This document shows, piece after piece, positions 28,709 through 37,745 of a DNA stretch of 64,000 nucleotides (position 1 is its first letter; each line of letters opens with the position of its first letter). This DNA comes from a bacterium (GTDB lineage Bacteria > UBP6 > UBA1177), in contig JAGCNV010000077.1 of NCBI GenBank assembly GCA_017645765.1, positions 48,556 through 112,555 on the forward strand, read 5' to 3'. Under the pieces are notes generated by a model. The model ran no database searches, was not told where the DNA came from, and was given only the letters and a program-made list of their open reading frames with translations. A program made the translations under genes and the position numbers.

Positions 28709-30121
28709 ATGAAAAACATAATATTTTTACTTTTTTTAACTCTCTTGTTAGTTTCCTGCACCTCAAATAGCGGAAAAAATCTGATAAAAGCTGTCAAAAA
28801 TAATGATTTTGGCAAAGTTAAGAGAATTACAACGCAGGAAAATGTCAGTTTTATCGATGAAAACGGTGCTACTCCGATGATGTGGGCTGCGTTTAACGGC
28901 AATGTCGAAATCCTCGATTTTCTAATAAAAAACGGGGCTGATGCCAGAAAGAAAGGAGTCCTTTCGGTTCAAAGAAAAGACAAATACGGTAAAGATGTGA
29001 TAATTTCTTATCCTTCTCCATTGAATGCGGCAGCGGGTGAAGGGCATATTGAAGCAGTTAAATATCTGATTGAAAAAGCGAGGGTGTCGGTTAATGAAAA
29101 GACAATAAAAGTCAGAGATTCTATAGATTCGAAGGGCAATCCCAGCTTTTTTGACGAAGAGGAAAACGATAAATCGGCTTTGATTGAAGCAGCCCTCTCA
29201 CACAAAAAAGATGTGGCGGAATATCTTTTGTCAAAAGGTGCCGACCCTGATTACAACGAATATGATCCGGAAATAACGGCTCTTGAAGTCGCTTTTCTGA
29301 CTTTTGACTATGAAATGGCTGGACTTCTGCTGAAAAACGGTGCGAGTGCGGATATTTTCACGCGAAGGTCAGATGGTTTCAGAGTTTATCCGTTTTTTGC
29401 TGTTGTGCCGAATGAGTGTGTTCCGCCGGAAACAGATAAAGCCGCATACAATCAAAGCGTTAAGAAGACTATCCCTCTTCTTCTGAAAAACGGAGCAGTG
29501 CTTAGAAATTTCATATTTCCGGTTTCGAAAATGTGCGGATGCAAAAATCAGGAGATGGTAGAATTTATGATTTCTATCGGTTTTGACCCTGAATGGCAGT
29601 TCAACGATACCAGCATCGGTGATTATTGCAGAGCGCATGGCATAGAAATCACCGAAAAAATGATCAAAAACAGTACTGCCTTGGAAGAAACGAGGAAATA
29701 CGAGGAGCTGAAACAGAATCTACTACTGCAGATAATCCGCCATCAGACACGCAATAACAGTAGAGATGGAACCTGTACAACAATAAAAATAAGCACAGAA
29801 TATGAAAATAAAGAACCCTTGATTATCCGAGGACTTGAAAAATATTCGTGTAAAAATGACGGTTTTACAAGCGATGCAGAGTGTTACAGACAGATTGACG
29901 GTCAAATGATCCGCATAAGTAAAGAGTGCATGAAACCATCATGGGAACGCCCTGAGATCACTTTCTCTACACCTTATCTGGATCCGGCAACCAATCAGGT
30001 TTTTGTCTATGAACACTGGTACTGCGGTCCTTTATGCGCAAGAAGCTCTCTCTTGGTTTATGAGCTGAAAAGTGATGGCAAACTGGAGTATAAATACGGG
30101 CGCACATTACGAGTGTCGTAG
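28709..30121 (+). CDS. Ankyrin-repeat lipoprotein (immunity-like, follows orphan 1)
   Basis: Signal peptide plus lipobox (LLLVSC). Ankyrin repeats (DENGATPMMWAAFNGNVEILDFLIKNGADA.., ..ALIEAALSHKKDVAEYLLSKGADPD..). It starts 10 nt after the orphan 1 stop. Confidence 0.7.
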   Translation: MKNIIFLLFLTLLLVSCTSNSGKNLIKAVKNNDFGKVKRITTQENVSFIDENGATPMMWAAFNGNVEILDFLIKNGADARKKGVLSVQRKDKYGKDVIISYPSPLNAAAGEGHIEAVKYLIEKARVSVNEKTIKVRDSIDSKGNPSFFDEEENDKSALIEAALSHKKDVAEYLLSKGADPDYNEYDPEITALEVAFLTFDYEMAGLLLKNGASADIFTRRSDGFRVYPFFAVVPNECVPPETDKAAYNQSVKKTIPLLLKNGAVLRNFIFPVSKMCGCKNQEMVEFMISIGFDPEWQFNDTSIGDYCRAHGIEITEKMIKNSTALEETRKYEELKQNLLLQIIRHQTRNNSRDGTCTTIKISTEYENKEPLIIRGLEKYSCKNDGFTSDAECYRQIDGQMIRISKECMKPSWERPEITFSTPYLDPATNQVFVYEHWYCGPLCARSSLLVYELKSDGKLEYKYGRTLRVS

Positions 30122-30170
30122 TGGTTAAGAAAAAAATGATAAATATAAAATCGGATTCAACGGAGCAGTA

Positions 30171-33155
30171 ATGAAAGTCCAAAACTCCTACGATGCAAAC
30201 GGCAGGCTTTTCCGCATGGAAGCAACACGGAACAACCAGACAATAACTGAAGATTACGGTTTCGACACTTTCGGTCGTGTAACTTCTGTCAAAACTACAG
30301 ATCCGGAAAATTCATCGCGATATCGCCTGAAATTCTACAATACGGGCGGTCAGATCATCTGGGAAGCTGACGAAGAGTCGGACGGAAGTCGTAATGATTT
30401 TAATTACTTAAATATTCTGGATGTCGAAGTCGGAAACCAGAAATATTACACCTACAACGCATTCGGCGATCTTGAAAAAACTGTTTATGTGATGACCAAT
30501 ACAGGCATCGGTCTCGCTTCTCCAGACATAAATCCGTGGCTGAATAACGGACTGATCACAACAAATTTCACCTATGACATCTTCGGCCGCATCACATCAA
30601 GGACAAATGACCGTTCGGGCGTTACGGCTTACAGCTACTATGACGAAAACCCGGGAACAAGCCACAGTCTCAACAAACTCCAAAGAATTCAGATTATTCC
30701 TGCGGTTGACAATAATTCGAACTACACCGACAGCACTCAGACATACACTTACACCTATGATGAAAAAGGCGACGAAGAAAGCGTCGAATATACGGAAGGC
30801 AACAACTACTCAATGGAAGTCGCTTTCACCCGCGATGCTTACGGCAGAATAATCAGCAAAACATCAAACGGTTCTGTTCCCGTAACGCAGACATTCACCT
30901 ACAACATGAGAAACCTGCTTGAAACGGCGACAGACACAGTCGGCAACGCCGCTGCAACAAGCGTGACAAGGCTTTACGACTCTTTCGGCAACCCGCATTC
31001 AGAAACAGTTTCGTCAAACAACGTCACAAAGACCGTTTCACGCAGGATGACCGATGTAAAGACCTATCAGTTCACCTGTCCTGACGGAAAAACTCTCCGC
31101 AAAACTGCGACAGGAAGCGATCTTGATTCGATAGAATACAACAATTCCGAGATTGCTTCATACAACCGTGCAAACGGAGTTTTGACAGCAGTCACAAAAG
31201 GTCAGAACCTGATCGAGACATTCAGTTACAACAACTGGAACATGCTCGACAATCACAACATCAAAAAATCTCAAACTGATGTTTATGACATGAGCTACAA
31301 CTATTCACGCGGCTGGCACCTAATTGAGAAAGCAGACGGCATCAAAAACACATCGGATAAATACACCTATGATTCCTATTACCGCCTGAAAGAAGTCAAA
31401 TACGATTTTGCGAACAACACAGCAGCACGAACTGACAACTTTTATCAGGACGGCGTTCACAACATCGAACAGAGCACTGAAAACGGCACGACATTCGCAT
31501 GGGGCGTGGACAAACTCAACAGACTGCGTGACAAGAAGGTCGGCAACAACACTGAAGTTGCCTACGGATACGACGAACGAAATAACATGATTTCCGAGGA
31601 CAGAAGCGGCACAACTGACGATAGAACATATATCTACGACGATTTGAACCGCCTCATCGAAGTCAAGGACGGCAGTAATCAAACAATTGCAACTTATACT
31701 TACGACGCGTTTAACCGCCGCATTACAAAAACCGCCGGAACCACGACAGAAAGATACACTTATGACGATTGGGATATAGTTGAAATATCAACAAATTCGG
31801 ACGATTACACAAACATTATCGATTCCGGCACAGACAGACACATCGCGATCGAAGTCACCGCGAACAATACTTCCACACTTTATTATTTCCTGACTGATGA
31901 ACGCGGAAATGTCACAGCCCTTACCGATGCAACCGGCAATGTTCTGGAGCGTTACAGATACCGTGTTTACGGCGATTTTGAGATACTTGATACTCAATTC
32001 ACCCCGAAAAACTGCAGCAACCAGACATGCTATGCAACCAATCTGCACAACTTCCTCTGGGGCGGCTCACTCTATGAACCAGAAACCAATCTCTACTGGA
32101 TGCGAAACCGTTATTACCACATCGACATGCACCGCTTTATCAACCAAGACCCGATAGGCATCTGGGGAGATGCCAACAACTTAGGCAACGGCTTCGCTTA
32201 TGTCGCCGGAATGGTTATTGAAGCGAGTGATCCGAGCGGGTTGGATACAAATATAGGTGGAACAGGAAATGATGGTTTAAGCTTTGGATATTATTCTTCT
32301 GCAAGCAATAGCGAAAGTGCTTCAACTTTTCTTTCAGTTGAAACTTTAGTAACATCAGTTGCAGGATTGGTTGGGGAAATAGCTGTTTCTTATGTTGTTG
32401 CAGGAACTGCTGCACAAAGTGTTGCTCTAACTTTTGCTCAAGCAAATGTAATAGCGGCTACGGCGGATGTGATTTCTGGAATAGCTTCTTTTCGTATTCC
32501 AGATTTGAATAGTAAAGCTCATCTTATTTCCGTTTTTGGTGAAGAAAGTGCCGAAATCATAGTTTCTATAGGAAATCAACTTGCCAAAAGTGTTGGTGCA
32601 AAAGGTTTCCATTATAAGGATAATGGGGATGGAACAGTTGACCTGACAGCTGTAGGCAAAGATGGAAAAGAAACTAAAAAAACTATCAATCTTGAAGAAG
32701 AAAAAATGAAAAGAGATCTGGAAGAGGCAGACAAATTTGAAGAACCACCAACTTCGAAAGATATTGATTTAAAAAATGAAGAGTCTTCGAGTATTGGTAC
32801 AAGTAACGAAAGAAGTGTCGATCCTGATTCCGGCGAAGATATGTTTCAAAGATATCTTCGTGCGAAAATACTAAAAAAACGATTGAAAGTTGATGATAAT
32901 TCAGATCAGGACAAACCTCTAATCGTTATAGAAACAGAAACTCCTATCGGCAAAACCAAGATTGTTGTTCATAATCCTTACTACAAAAATATCGACCCGC
33001 TAAAGAGATTGATGAAAGGAAAAGACCCGAATAGTCGAACCCTGATATTCAATCCGTTTTTACCGCCTGAATCAACAGAATATAGAAATACTTACGAAAA
33101 AATCACACAAGGCGGAGGAATCATAATGCCTAATGTCGATCCATATTTGTGGTAA
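30171..33155 (+). CDS. Orphan RHS C-terminal fragment 2: divergent YD/RHS core, hydrophobic Gly/Ala-rich toxin, conserved tail
   Basis: 994 aa. The YD repeats are more distantly related to the main RHS, but the last ~60 aa of the core (LWGGSLYEPETNLYWMRNRYYHIDMHRFINQDP..ASDPSGL) are identical. D of DPSGL is at 32229-32231. Confidence 0.85.
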   Translation: MKVQNSYDANGRLFRMEATRNNQTITEDYGFDTFGRVTSVKTTDPENSSRYRLKFYNTGGQIIWEADEESDGSRNDFNYLNILDVEVGNQKYYTYNAFGDLEKTVYVMTNTGIGLASPDINPWLNNGLITTNFTYDIFGRITSRTNDRSGVTAYSYYDENPGTSHSLNKLQRIQIIPAVDNNSNYTDSTQTYTYTYDEKGDEESVEYTEGNNYSMEVAFTRDAYGRIISKTSNGSVPVTQTFTYNMRNLLETATDTVGNAAATSVTRLYDSFGNPHSETVSSNNVTKTVSRRMTDVKTYQFTCPDGKTLRKTATGSDLDSIEYNNSEIASYNRANGVLTAVTKGQNLIETFSYNNWNMLDNHNIKKSQTDVYDMSYNYSRGWHLIEKADGIKNTSDKYTYDSYYRLKEVKYDFANNTAARTDNFYQDGVHNIEQSTENGTTFAWGVDKLNRLRDKKVGNNTEVAYGYDERNNMISEDRSGTTDDRTYIYDDLNRLIEVKDGSNQTIATYTYDAFNRRITKTAGTTTERYTYDDWDIVEISTNSDDYTNIIDSGTDRHIAIEVTANNTSTLYYFLTDERGNVTALTDATGNVLERYRYRVYGDFEILDTQFTPKNCSNQTCYATNLHNFLWGGSLYEPETNLYWMRNRYYHIDMHRFINQDPIGIWGDANNLGNGFAYVAGMVIEASDPSGLDTNIGGTGNDGLSFGYYSSASNSESASTFLSVETLVTSVAGLVGEIAVSYVVAGTAAQSVALTFAQANVIAATADVISGIASFRIPDLNSKAHLISVFGEESAEIIVSIGNQLAKSVGAKGFHYKDNGDGTVDLTAVGKDGKETKKTINLEEEKMKRDLEEADKFEEPPTSKDIDLKNEESSSIGTSNERSVDPDSGEDMFQRYLRAKILKKRLKVDDNSDQDKPLIVIETETPIGKTKIVVHNPYYKNIDPLKRLMKGKDPNSRTLIFNPFLPPESTEYRNTYEKITQGGGIIMPNVDPYLW
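31020..32243 (+). repeat. 1.2-kb RHS-core segment duplicated in orphan 3 (copy A)
   Basis: NVTKTVSRRMTDVKTYQFTCPDGKTLRKTATG...ASDPSGL is colinear with 35547-36773, with one codon of length difference. Confidence 0.85.
32835..33152 (+). other. Conserved post-toxin tail module, copy 4 (orphan 2)
   Basis: EDMFQRYLRAKILKKRLKV..KIVVHNPYYKNIDPLKRLM..LIFNPFLPPESTEY..MPNVDPYLW. Confidence 0.75.
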
Positions 33156-33166
33156 GGAGGGCGAGA

Positions 33167-33805
33167 ATGAATGCATTAAATCGTTTTGGTTGGTTTATAT
33201 GCCCGATATGTATATTTTGCATCATGGAAACAGTTGGTAACAATTATATAGACGGATATCAACTTGTACATTTCAAGATTACAATGAATTGCTTCGAAAC
33301 AGCTCCAATTTTTGTTTTTTGTATAATAATATTTGATCTCACATTTTCTGAATTGCGATTTACTCGCTTTTATTCTTTTTATCCAGAATCTTTTTTTGAC
33401 AGAAATTGGTATGTGATTATTCAATCAGCATTGATGCTCTATCTTTTTAAAGAAAACTGGCAAATTGTTGTTTTTGTTTCTATTTTGGTGCTGATTGTGA
33501 ATGAGCTTTTTAGAAGATGGCGTACGAAAAAACAGATGATAGTGATAGAAAATCTGAAAAAGCTTTCATTTTACCCCAATTTTGATGCAACAAAATTCAA
33601 ATTCAAAAATTATCAGAAAAACTTTTTTTTAAGAAGCTGGCCTATGTTTGTTGTTCCATGGTCGCTTATTATTATTTCAAATTCTGAAACACGTGGACAT
33701 TTAATGTTTTTAATATTTATCGCTTTTTTCATTTTTGAAGTTGTCAATTTAAAAAATGCACTAAAAGAGATTGATGAAGTTGTGAAAACAGAAGATATGA
33801 TATGA
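33167..33805 (+). CDS. Polytopic membrane protein (immunity-like, follows orphan 2)
   Basis: About 212 aa from the ATG at 33167, which follows AAGGAGG. At least four hydrophobic helices. It lies immediately downstream of the hydrophobic toxin. Confidence 0.6.
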   Translation: MNALNRFGWFICPICIFCIMETVGNNYIDGYQLVHFKITMNCFETAPIFVFCIIIFDLTFSELRFTRFYSFYPESFFDRNWYVIIQSALMLYLFKENWQIVVFVSILVLIVNELFRRWRTKKQMIVIENLKKLSFYPNFDATKFKFKNYQKNFFLRSWPMFVVPWSLIIISNSETRGHLMFLIFIAFFIFEVVNLKNALKEIDEVVKTEDMI

Positions 33806-34131
33806 ATTGCGAAAAGAAAAATTTCTTTGAAATTATGGATGAAGTTGGACCTGTCATAAAATATGACGACAACGGAAGAAAAGTCTTTATTTTTAATCCT
33901 TATTACAGAGGTAAAGATCCATTGAAAGAAATGATTTGGAAAAAGCGAAAAGCCGATGGCTCAAAAGGTTTTGTTAGAAATCCGTTTGCACCTGGTGCTG
34001 AATATGGATATGATTCAACGACTCATGAAAAATGGCAGCAATCAGGTTTTATCCAGCCAAATGTAGACCCATATTCAAATTTACAACAAGGTGGTTTTAT
34101 TCAAACTAATGTTGATCCATACTGGCAGTAG
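33802..34131 (+). CDS. Tail-only mini-ORF 2 (stand-alone post-toxin tail module with duplicated terminal motif)
   Basis: 109 aa: ..EVGPVIKYDDNGRKVFIFNPYYRGKDPLKEMIWKKRKADGSKGFVRNPFAPGAEYGYDSTTHEKWQQSGFIQPNVDPYSNLQQGGFIQTNVDPYWQ. ATGA overlap with the preceding gene. Confidence 0.5.
   Translation: MNCEKKNFFEIMDEVGPVIKYDDNGRKVFIFNPYYRGKDPLKEMIWKKRKADGSKGFVRNPFAPGAEYGYDSTTHEKWQQSGFIQPNVDPYSNLQQGGFIQTNVDPYWQ
33829..34128 (+). other. Conserved post-toxin tail module, copy 5 (stand-alone)
   Basis: Near-identical at the protein level to the orphan 3 tail, including the GF(I/V)Q(P/T)NVDPY duplication. Confidence 0.75.
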
Positions 34132-34142
34132 GAGGGTCGAAT

Positions 34143-35483
34143 ATGAAAAACCTAATATTTTCAATATTTTTGTTGCTTGTTGCCGCTTGTGCATCCGTTC
34201 CGGCTACAACTGTTACAAAAACTGAACCTCCGAAAGCCCGCTACATTTTTTCGGACAAAAACGGTCTTTACGGTTTGCTGGATGAGAACGGAAACGAGAT
34301 TGTTTCTGCCCAGTATTTGTATATAGACATCGTTAAAGAGGGTATGATCCCTGCTTTTACAATCGAGAAAGAATTTGTTTTTCTTGATGAAACCGGCAGA
34401 AAGATAAAAGACATCAGTTTTTATGATATCAATCCTTCTTACAGAGAGGATTTGCTCGCTGTTGCCGATCCTGAAACCGGAAAATGGGGCTTTGTCGATA
34501 AAAATTTGAATTACGTCATAAAGCCGCAATTCGAAGATGTCTGGAGTTTTATTGATGGAATCGCTTTAGTAATAACGCAAAACGGATTGAGGGGGATAAT
34601 AGACAAAACCGGAAAATATATTTTCAATCCTCAATTCGATGACCCGAAAGGTTACCCCTGGTACTACGATTACTATCAGGGAACTTTTGTCGTTTTAAAA
34701 GACGGTAAAACCAGGATAGTCGATGTAAAAAATGCAAAGATTCTGGAAACGGAATATGATCGTTTTTACGGGATGACAGGGGGCAAAGCCGTTGTCAGAA
34801 AAGATTCTTCCGTTTATCTCAATTCATGGGAAAACAATGAAATTTTTCTCATGAAAGACCCAGACAGATCACTTCATCTTAGTAGCGAAAATAATTTGGG
34901 AAATAACCGCTTTTCTCTTGAATACACCGAAAAACGTGAAAATAAATATTATAAGCATTTTATCGTTTTTGATTCTTCAAACGGTGAAAAAATCTGCGAA
35001 AAAATCTTGGGGGATGAAGAGCCTGAAGACTTGGATGAAAAATGCAATTTAAAAGAGAAAAAGCATGATTACCCAAGTGTTGTAAACAACGGTAAATATG
35101 AGGCAGTCTGGCGTGATACCTGCGCTGAAGAGAGTTCAATTTTATTCAAACAGAACGGAAAAAAGGGGTTTCTTGATGAAAACGGAAAAGAAATTACTCC
35201 AGCAGAATATGACGAAGTTGAAGCATTCTGTCAGGGTTTGGCCTGGGTTCGGAAAGGTGAGCAGCGTTTTATAATAGACAGAAGCGGTAAAACTGTTTTC
35301 GAAATAAAAACGGAATGGCGTTATGTCAAGGAGGTGAATTTTATCGATAGGAAATTTTACTACTGGGGACTTATGAGCTTTTATAAAACAAATGGATGGG
35401 AGAACAGACATTCGCTCGAAAAACTTTTTTTCCCCTATATAGAGATGTTTTTCAAGAATAATCCGCAAAGTTTATTTAAATAA
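34143..35483 (+). CDS. WG/KWG-repeat lipoprotein (immunity-like)
   Basis: Signal peptide plus lipobox (LLVAAC). Repeated ..G(L/K)(Y/W)G(L/F)(L/V)D..G..(I/V)..P.(Y/F).. units (NGLYGLLDENGNEIV, GKWGFVDKNLNYVIKPQFEDV, GLRGIIDKTGKYIFNPQFDD, GKKGFLDENGKEITPAEYDEV). Confidence 0.7.
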   Translation: MKNLIFSIFLLLVAACASVPATTVTKTEPPKARYIFSDKNGLYGLLDENGNEIVSAQYLYIDIVKEGMIPAFTIEKEFVFLDETGRKIKDISFYDINPSYREDLLAVADPETGKWGFVDKNLNYVIKPQFEDVWSFIDGIALVITQNGLRGIIDKTGKYIFNPQFDDPKGYPWYYDYYQGTFVVLKDGKTRIVDVKNAKILETEYDRFYGMTGGKAVVRKDSSVYLNSWENNEIFLMKDPDRSLHLSSENNLGNNRFSLEYTEKRENKYYKHFIVFDSSNGEKICEKILGDEEPEDLDEKCNLKEKKHDYPSVVNNGKYEAVWRDTCAEESSILFKQNGKKGFLDENGKEITPAEYDEVEAFCQGLAWVRKGEQRFIIDRSGKTVFEIKTEWRYVKEVNFIDRKFYYWGLMSFYKTNGWENRHSLEKLFFPYIEMFFKNNPQSLFK

Positions 35484-35522
35484 CTAATGAAAAAGGCAAT
35501 TTAAACAGTACATGGATTACTA

Positions 35523-37694
35523 ATGATAAAAGTTAAAGCCGATGGCAACGTCACAAAAACCGTTTCACGCAGGATGACCGATGCAAAGACCTATCAGTTT
35601 ACCTATCCTGACGGCAAAACTCTCCGCAAAACAGCGACTGGAAATGACCTTGATTCAATCGAATACAACAATTCCGAAATCGCATCATACAGCCGCGCAA
35701 ACGGAGTTTTGACTGCAATCACGCAAGGACAGAATCTGACTGAAACCTTTACCTACAACACTTGGAATCAGCTCGCAAATCACACGATAAACAACGCAAA
35801 CGCAGATATTTATGACATGACTTACGACTATTCACGCGGCTGGCACTTGGTCGAAAAAGCTGACGGCATAAAGCATACTTCTGATAAATACACTTACGAT
35901 TCATACTACCGCCTGAAAGAAGTCAAATACGATTTTGCGAACAATACAGCTGCACGAACCGACAGCTTCTTTGCTGACGGCGTTCACAACATCGAGCAGA
36001 GCACTGAAAACGGCACGACATTCGCATGGGGAGTGGACAAACTCAACAGACTGCGTGAAAAGAAAGTCGGCGGAAACACAGCTGTCACATACAAATATGA
36101 CAAGCGGAACAACATGATCGGAGAAGACTTCGACGGAAGTGAACCTACTGACATCAGCTACATTTATGACGATTTGAACCGCCTCATTGAAGTCAAGGAC
36201 GGAAGTAATCAAACAATTGCAACTTATACTTACGACGCGTTTAACCGCCGCATTACAAAAACAGTCGGCAGCACGACTGAAAGATATGCCTACGACGATT
36301 GGAATATCGTTGAAATCTCAACAAATTCAAACGATTATGCCAACATCATCGATTCCGGCACAGACAGACACATCGCAGTTGAAGTCACCGCGAACAATAC
36401 TTCCACACTTTATTATTTCCTGACCGACGAGCGCGGCAATGTCACAGCCCTCACCGATGAATCAGGCAACATCCTTGAACGTTACAGATACCGTGTTTAC
36501 GGCGATTTTGAGATCCTTGATTCCCAATTTATCCCCAAAAACTGCAACAACCAGACCTGTTACGCAACCAACCTGCACAACTTCCTCTGGGGCGGCTCGC
36601 TCTATGAGCCCGAAACTAATCTTTACTGGATGCGCAACCGTTACTACCACATCGATATGCACCGTTTTATCAACCAAGACCCGATAGGCATCTGGGGCGA
36701 TACCAACAATCTCGGCAACGGCTTTGCCTACGTCGCAGGAATGGTTATCGAGGCCAGTGATCCGACAGGGTTGATTGTGGTGGAGAACGATATTTGGACT
36801 TTAATGGATAACAATGAAGCTATGAAGTCCTCTGAAACATTTATTGAATTTTATATTAGAGCAGATTCTTTGGATGATATTATTGAAATGGATAGTGTTC
36901 CAGATGGGGCATTGGAGATAACTGGCAAGGCTGGCTCTTGTTATGAAACAGAAACAGGAGTTTTTGTCGTTGAATATGAAGAACATCTTGCATTGCAGGG
37001 TCGAACTCATACTAGTTATGGAACAGTGTCTAGAGATGCAGCAGTTGCGCATGAATTTGATCATATAATTAACGAAGGTGATAATATGAAAAATTCGATT
37101 CCAGCAACACCTGCAGATGAAGAAAGAGCTAGAAAAACAGGAAGTCAGGTTGATAAAGAAAAAGCGGACAACGAGACAGAAGATACTATCGCAAAACTAT
37201 ACACGGAAGCAGAAAGAAAACAGAAAGAAGAGGAGGAAAAAAAGGATAAAGGTGGAGAACAATACCCCGGTGACCCAGACAATTCAAACGATTCATTCCA
37301 ACAAAAACTTATGGAAAACATGCTAGCAAAAATATTGAGAAACAGTGATTTTTCCATTTATGATCAAGGACCTGTTGTCAAAATCCAAGTAGAAACCGCG
37401 TCAGGTCACCCAAAATGGGTTTTCGTATTTAACCCATTCTACAGAGGCAAAGATCCATTGAAAGAAATGATTTGGAAAAAGCAAAAAGCTGATGGCACAA
37501 AAGGCTTTGTAAGAAATCCCTTCGCCCCAGGTGCTGAATATGGATATGATTCAACGACTCACGAAAAGTGGCAACAGAGCGGTTTTGTTCAGCCAAATGT
37601 AGATCCATATTCAAATTTGCAACAGGGTGGTGGTTTTATACAGACAAATGTTGATCCGTATTTATGGTTCCAAAATTTCAGCTTGACTTTGTAA
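35523..37694 (+). CDS. Orphan RHS C-terminal fragment 3: RHS core of the orphan 2 lineage, HExxH toxin, conserved tail; no immunity gene follows
   Basis: 723 aa. Residues 9-417 are colinear with orphan 2. DPTGL is at 36759-36773. It carries a unique domain with AHEFDHI (37050-37064). The last 8 codons (FQNFSLTL) are read from the promoter-motif DNA of the next gene. Confidence 0.85.
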   Translation: MIKVKADGNVTKTVSRRMTDAKTYQFTYPDGKTLRKTATGNDLDSIEYNNSEIASYSRANGVLTAITQGQNLTETFTYNTWNQLANHTINNANADIYDMTYDYSRGWHLVEKADGIKHTSDKYTYDSYYRLKEVKYDFANNTAARTDSFFADGVHNIEQSTENGTTFAWGVDKLNRLREKKVGGNTAVTYKYDKRNNMIGEDFDGSEPTDISYIYDDLNRLIEVKDGSNQTIATYTYDAFNRRITKTVGSTTERYAYDDWNIVEISTNSNDYANIIDSGTDRHIAVEVTANNTSTLYYFLTDERGNVTALTDESGNILERYRYRVYGDFEILDSQFIPKNCNNQTCYATNLHNFLWGGSLYEPETNLYWMRNRYYHIDMHRFINQDPIGIWGDTNNLGNGFAYVAGMVIEASDPTGLIVVENDIWTLMDNNEAMKSSETFIEFYIRADSLDDIIEMDSVPDGALEITGKAGSCYETETGVFVVEYEEHLALQGRTHTSYGTVSRDAAVAHEFDHIINEGDNMKNSIPATPADEERARKTGSQVDKEKADNETEDTIAKLYTEAERKQKEEEEKKDKGGEQYPGDPDNSNDSFQQKLMENMLAKILRNSDFSIYDQGPVVKIQVETASGHPKWVFVFNPFYRGKDPLKEMIWKKQKADGTKGFVRNPFAPGAEYGYDSTTHEKWQQSGFVQPNVDPYSNLQQGGGFIQTNVDPYLWFQNFSLTL
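35547..36773 (+). repeat. 1.2-kb RHS-core segment (copy B of 31020-32243)
   Basis: Colinear with the orphan 2 core. Similarity starts 8 codons after the ATG of orphan 3. Confidence 0.85.
37296..37667 (+). other. Conserved post-toxin tail module, copy 6 (orphan 3)
   Basis: FQQKLMENMLAKILRNSDFSIYDQGPVVKIQVETASGHPKWVFVFNPFYRGKDPLKEMIW..FVRNPFAPGAEYGYDSTTHEKWQQSGFVQPNVDPYSNLQQGGGFIQTNVDPYLW. Confidence 0.8.
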
Positions 37695-37711
37695 TTTTTT
37701 GCGACTAATCT
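37683..37711 (+). promoter_or_regulatory. Candidate promoter of ATPase 1 (TTGACT-17-TAATCT) overlapping a TGACTTTGTA motif
   Basis: aaaatttcagcTTGACTTTGTAA overlaps the last codons and stop codon of orphan 3. Confidence 0.35.
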
Positions 37712-37745
37712 GAAGTGGAACTTTGGATTGGTCAAGAGGTGGTCC

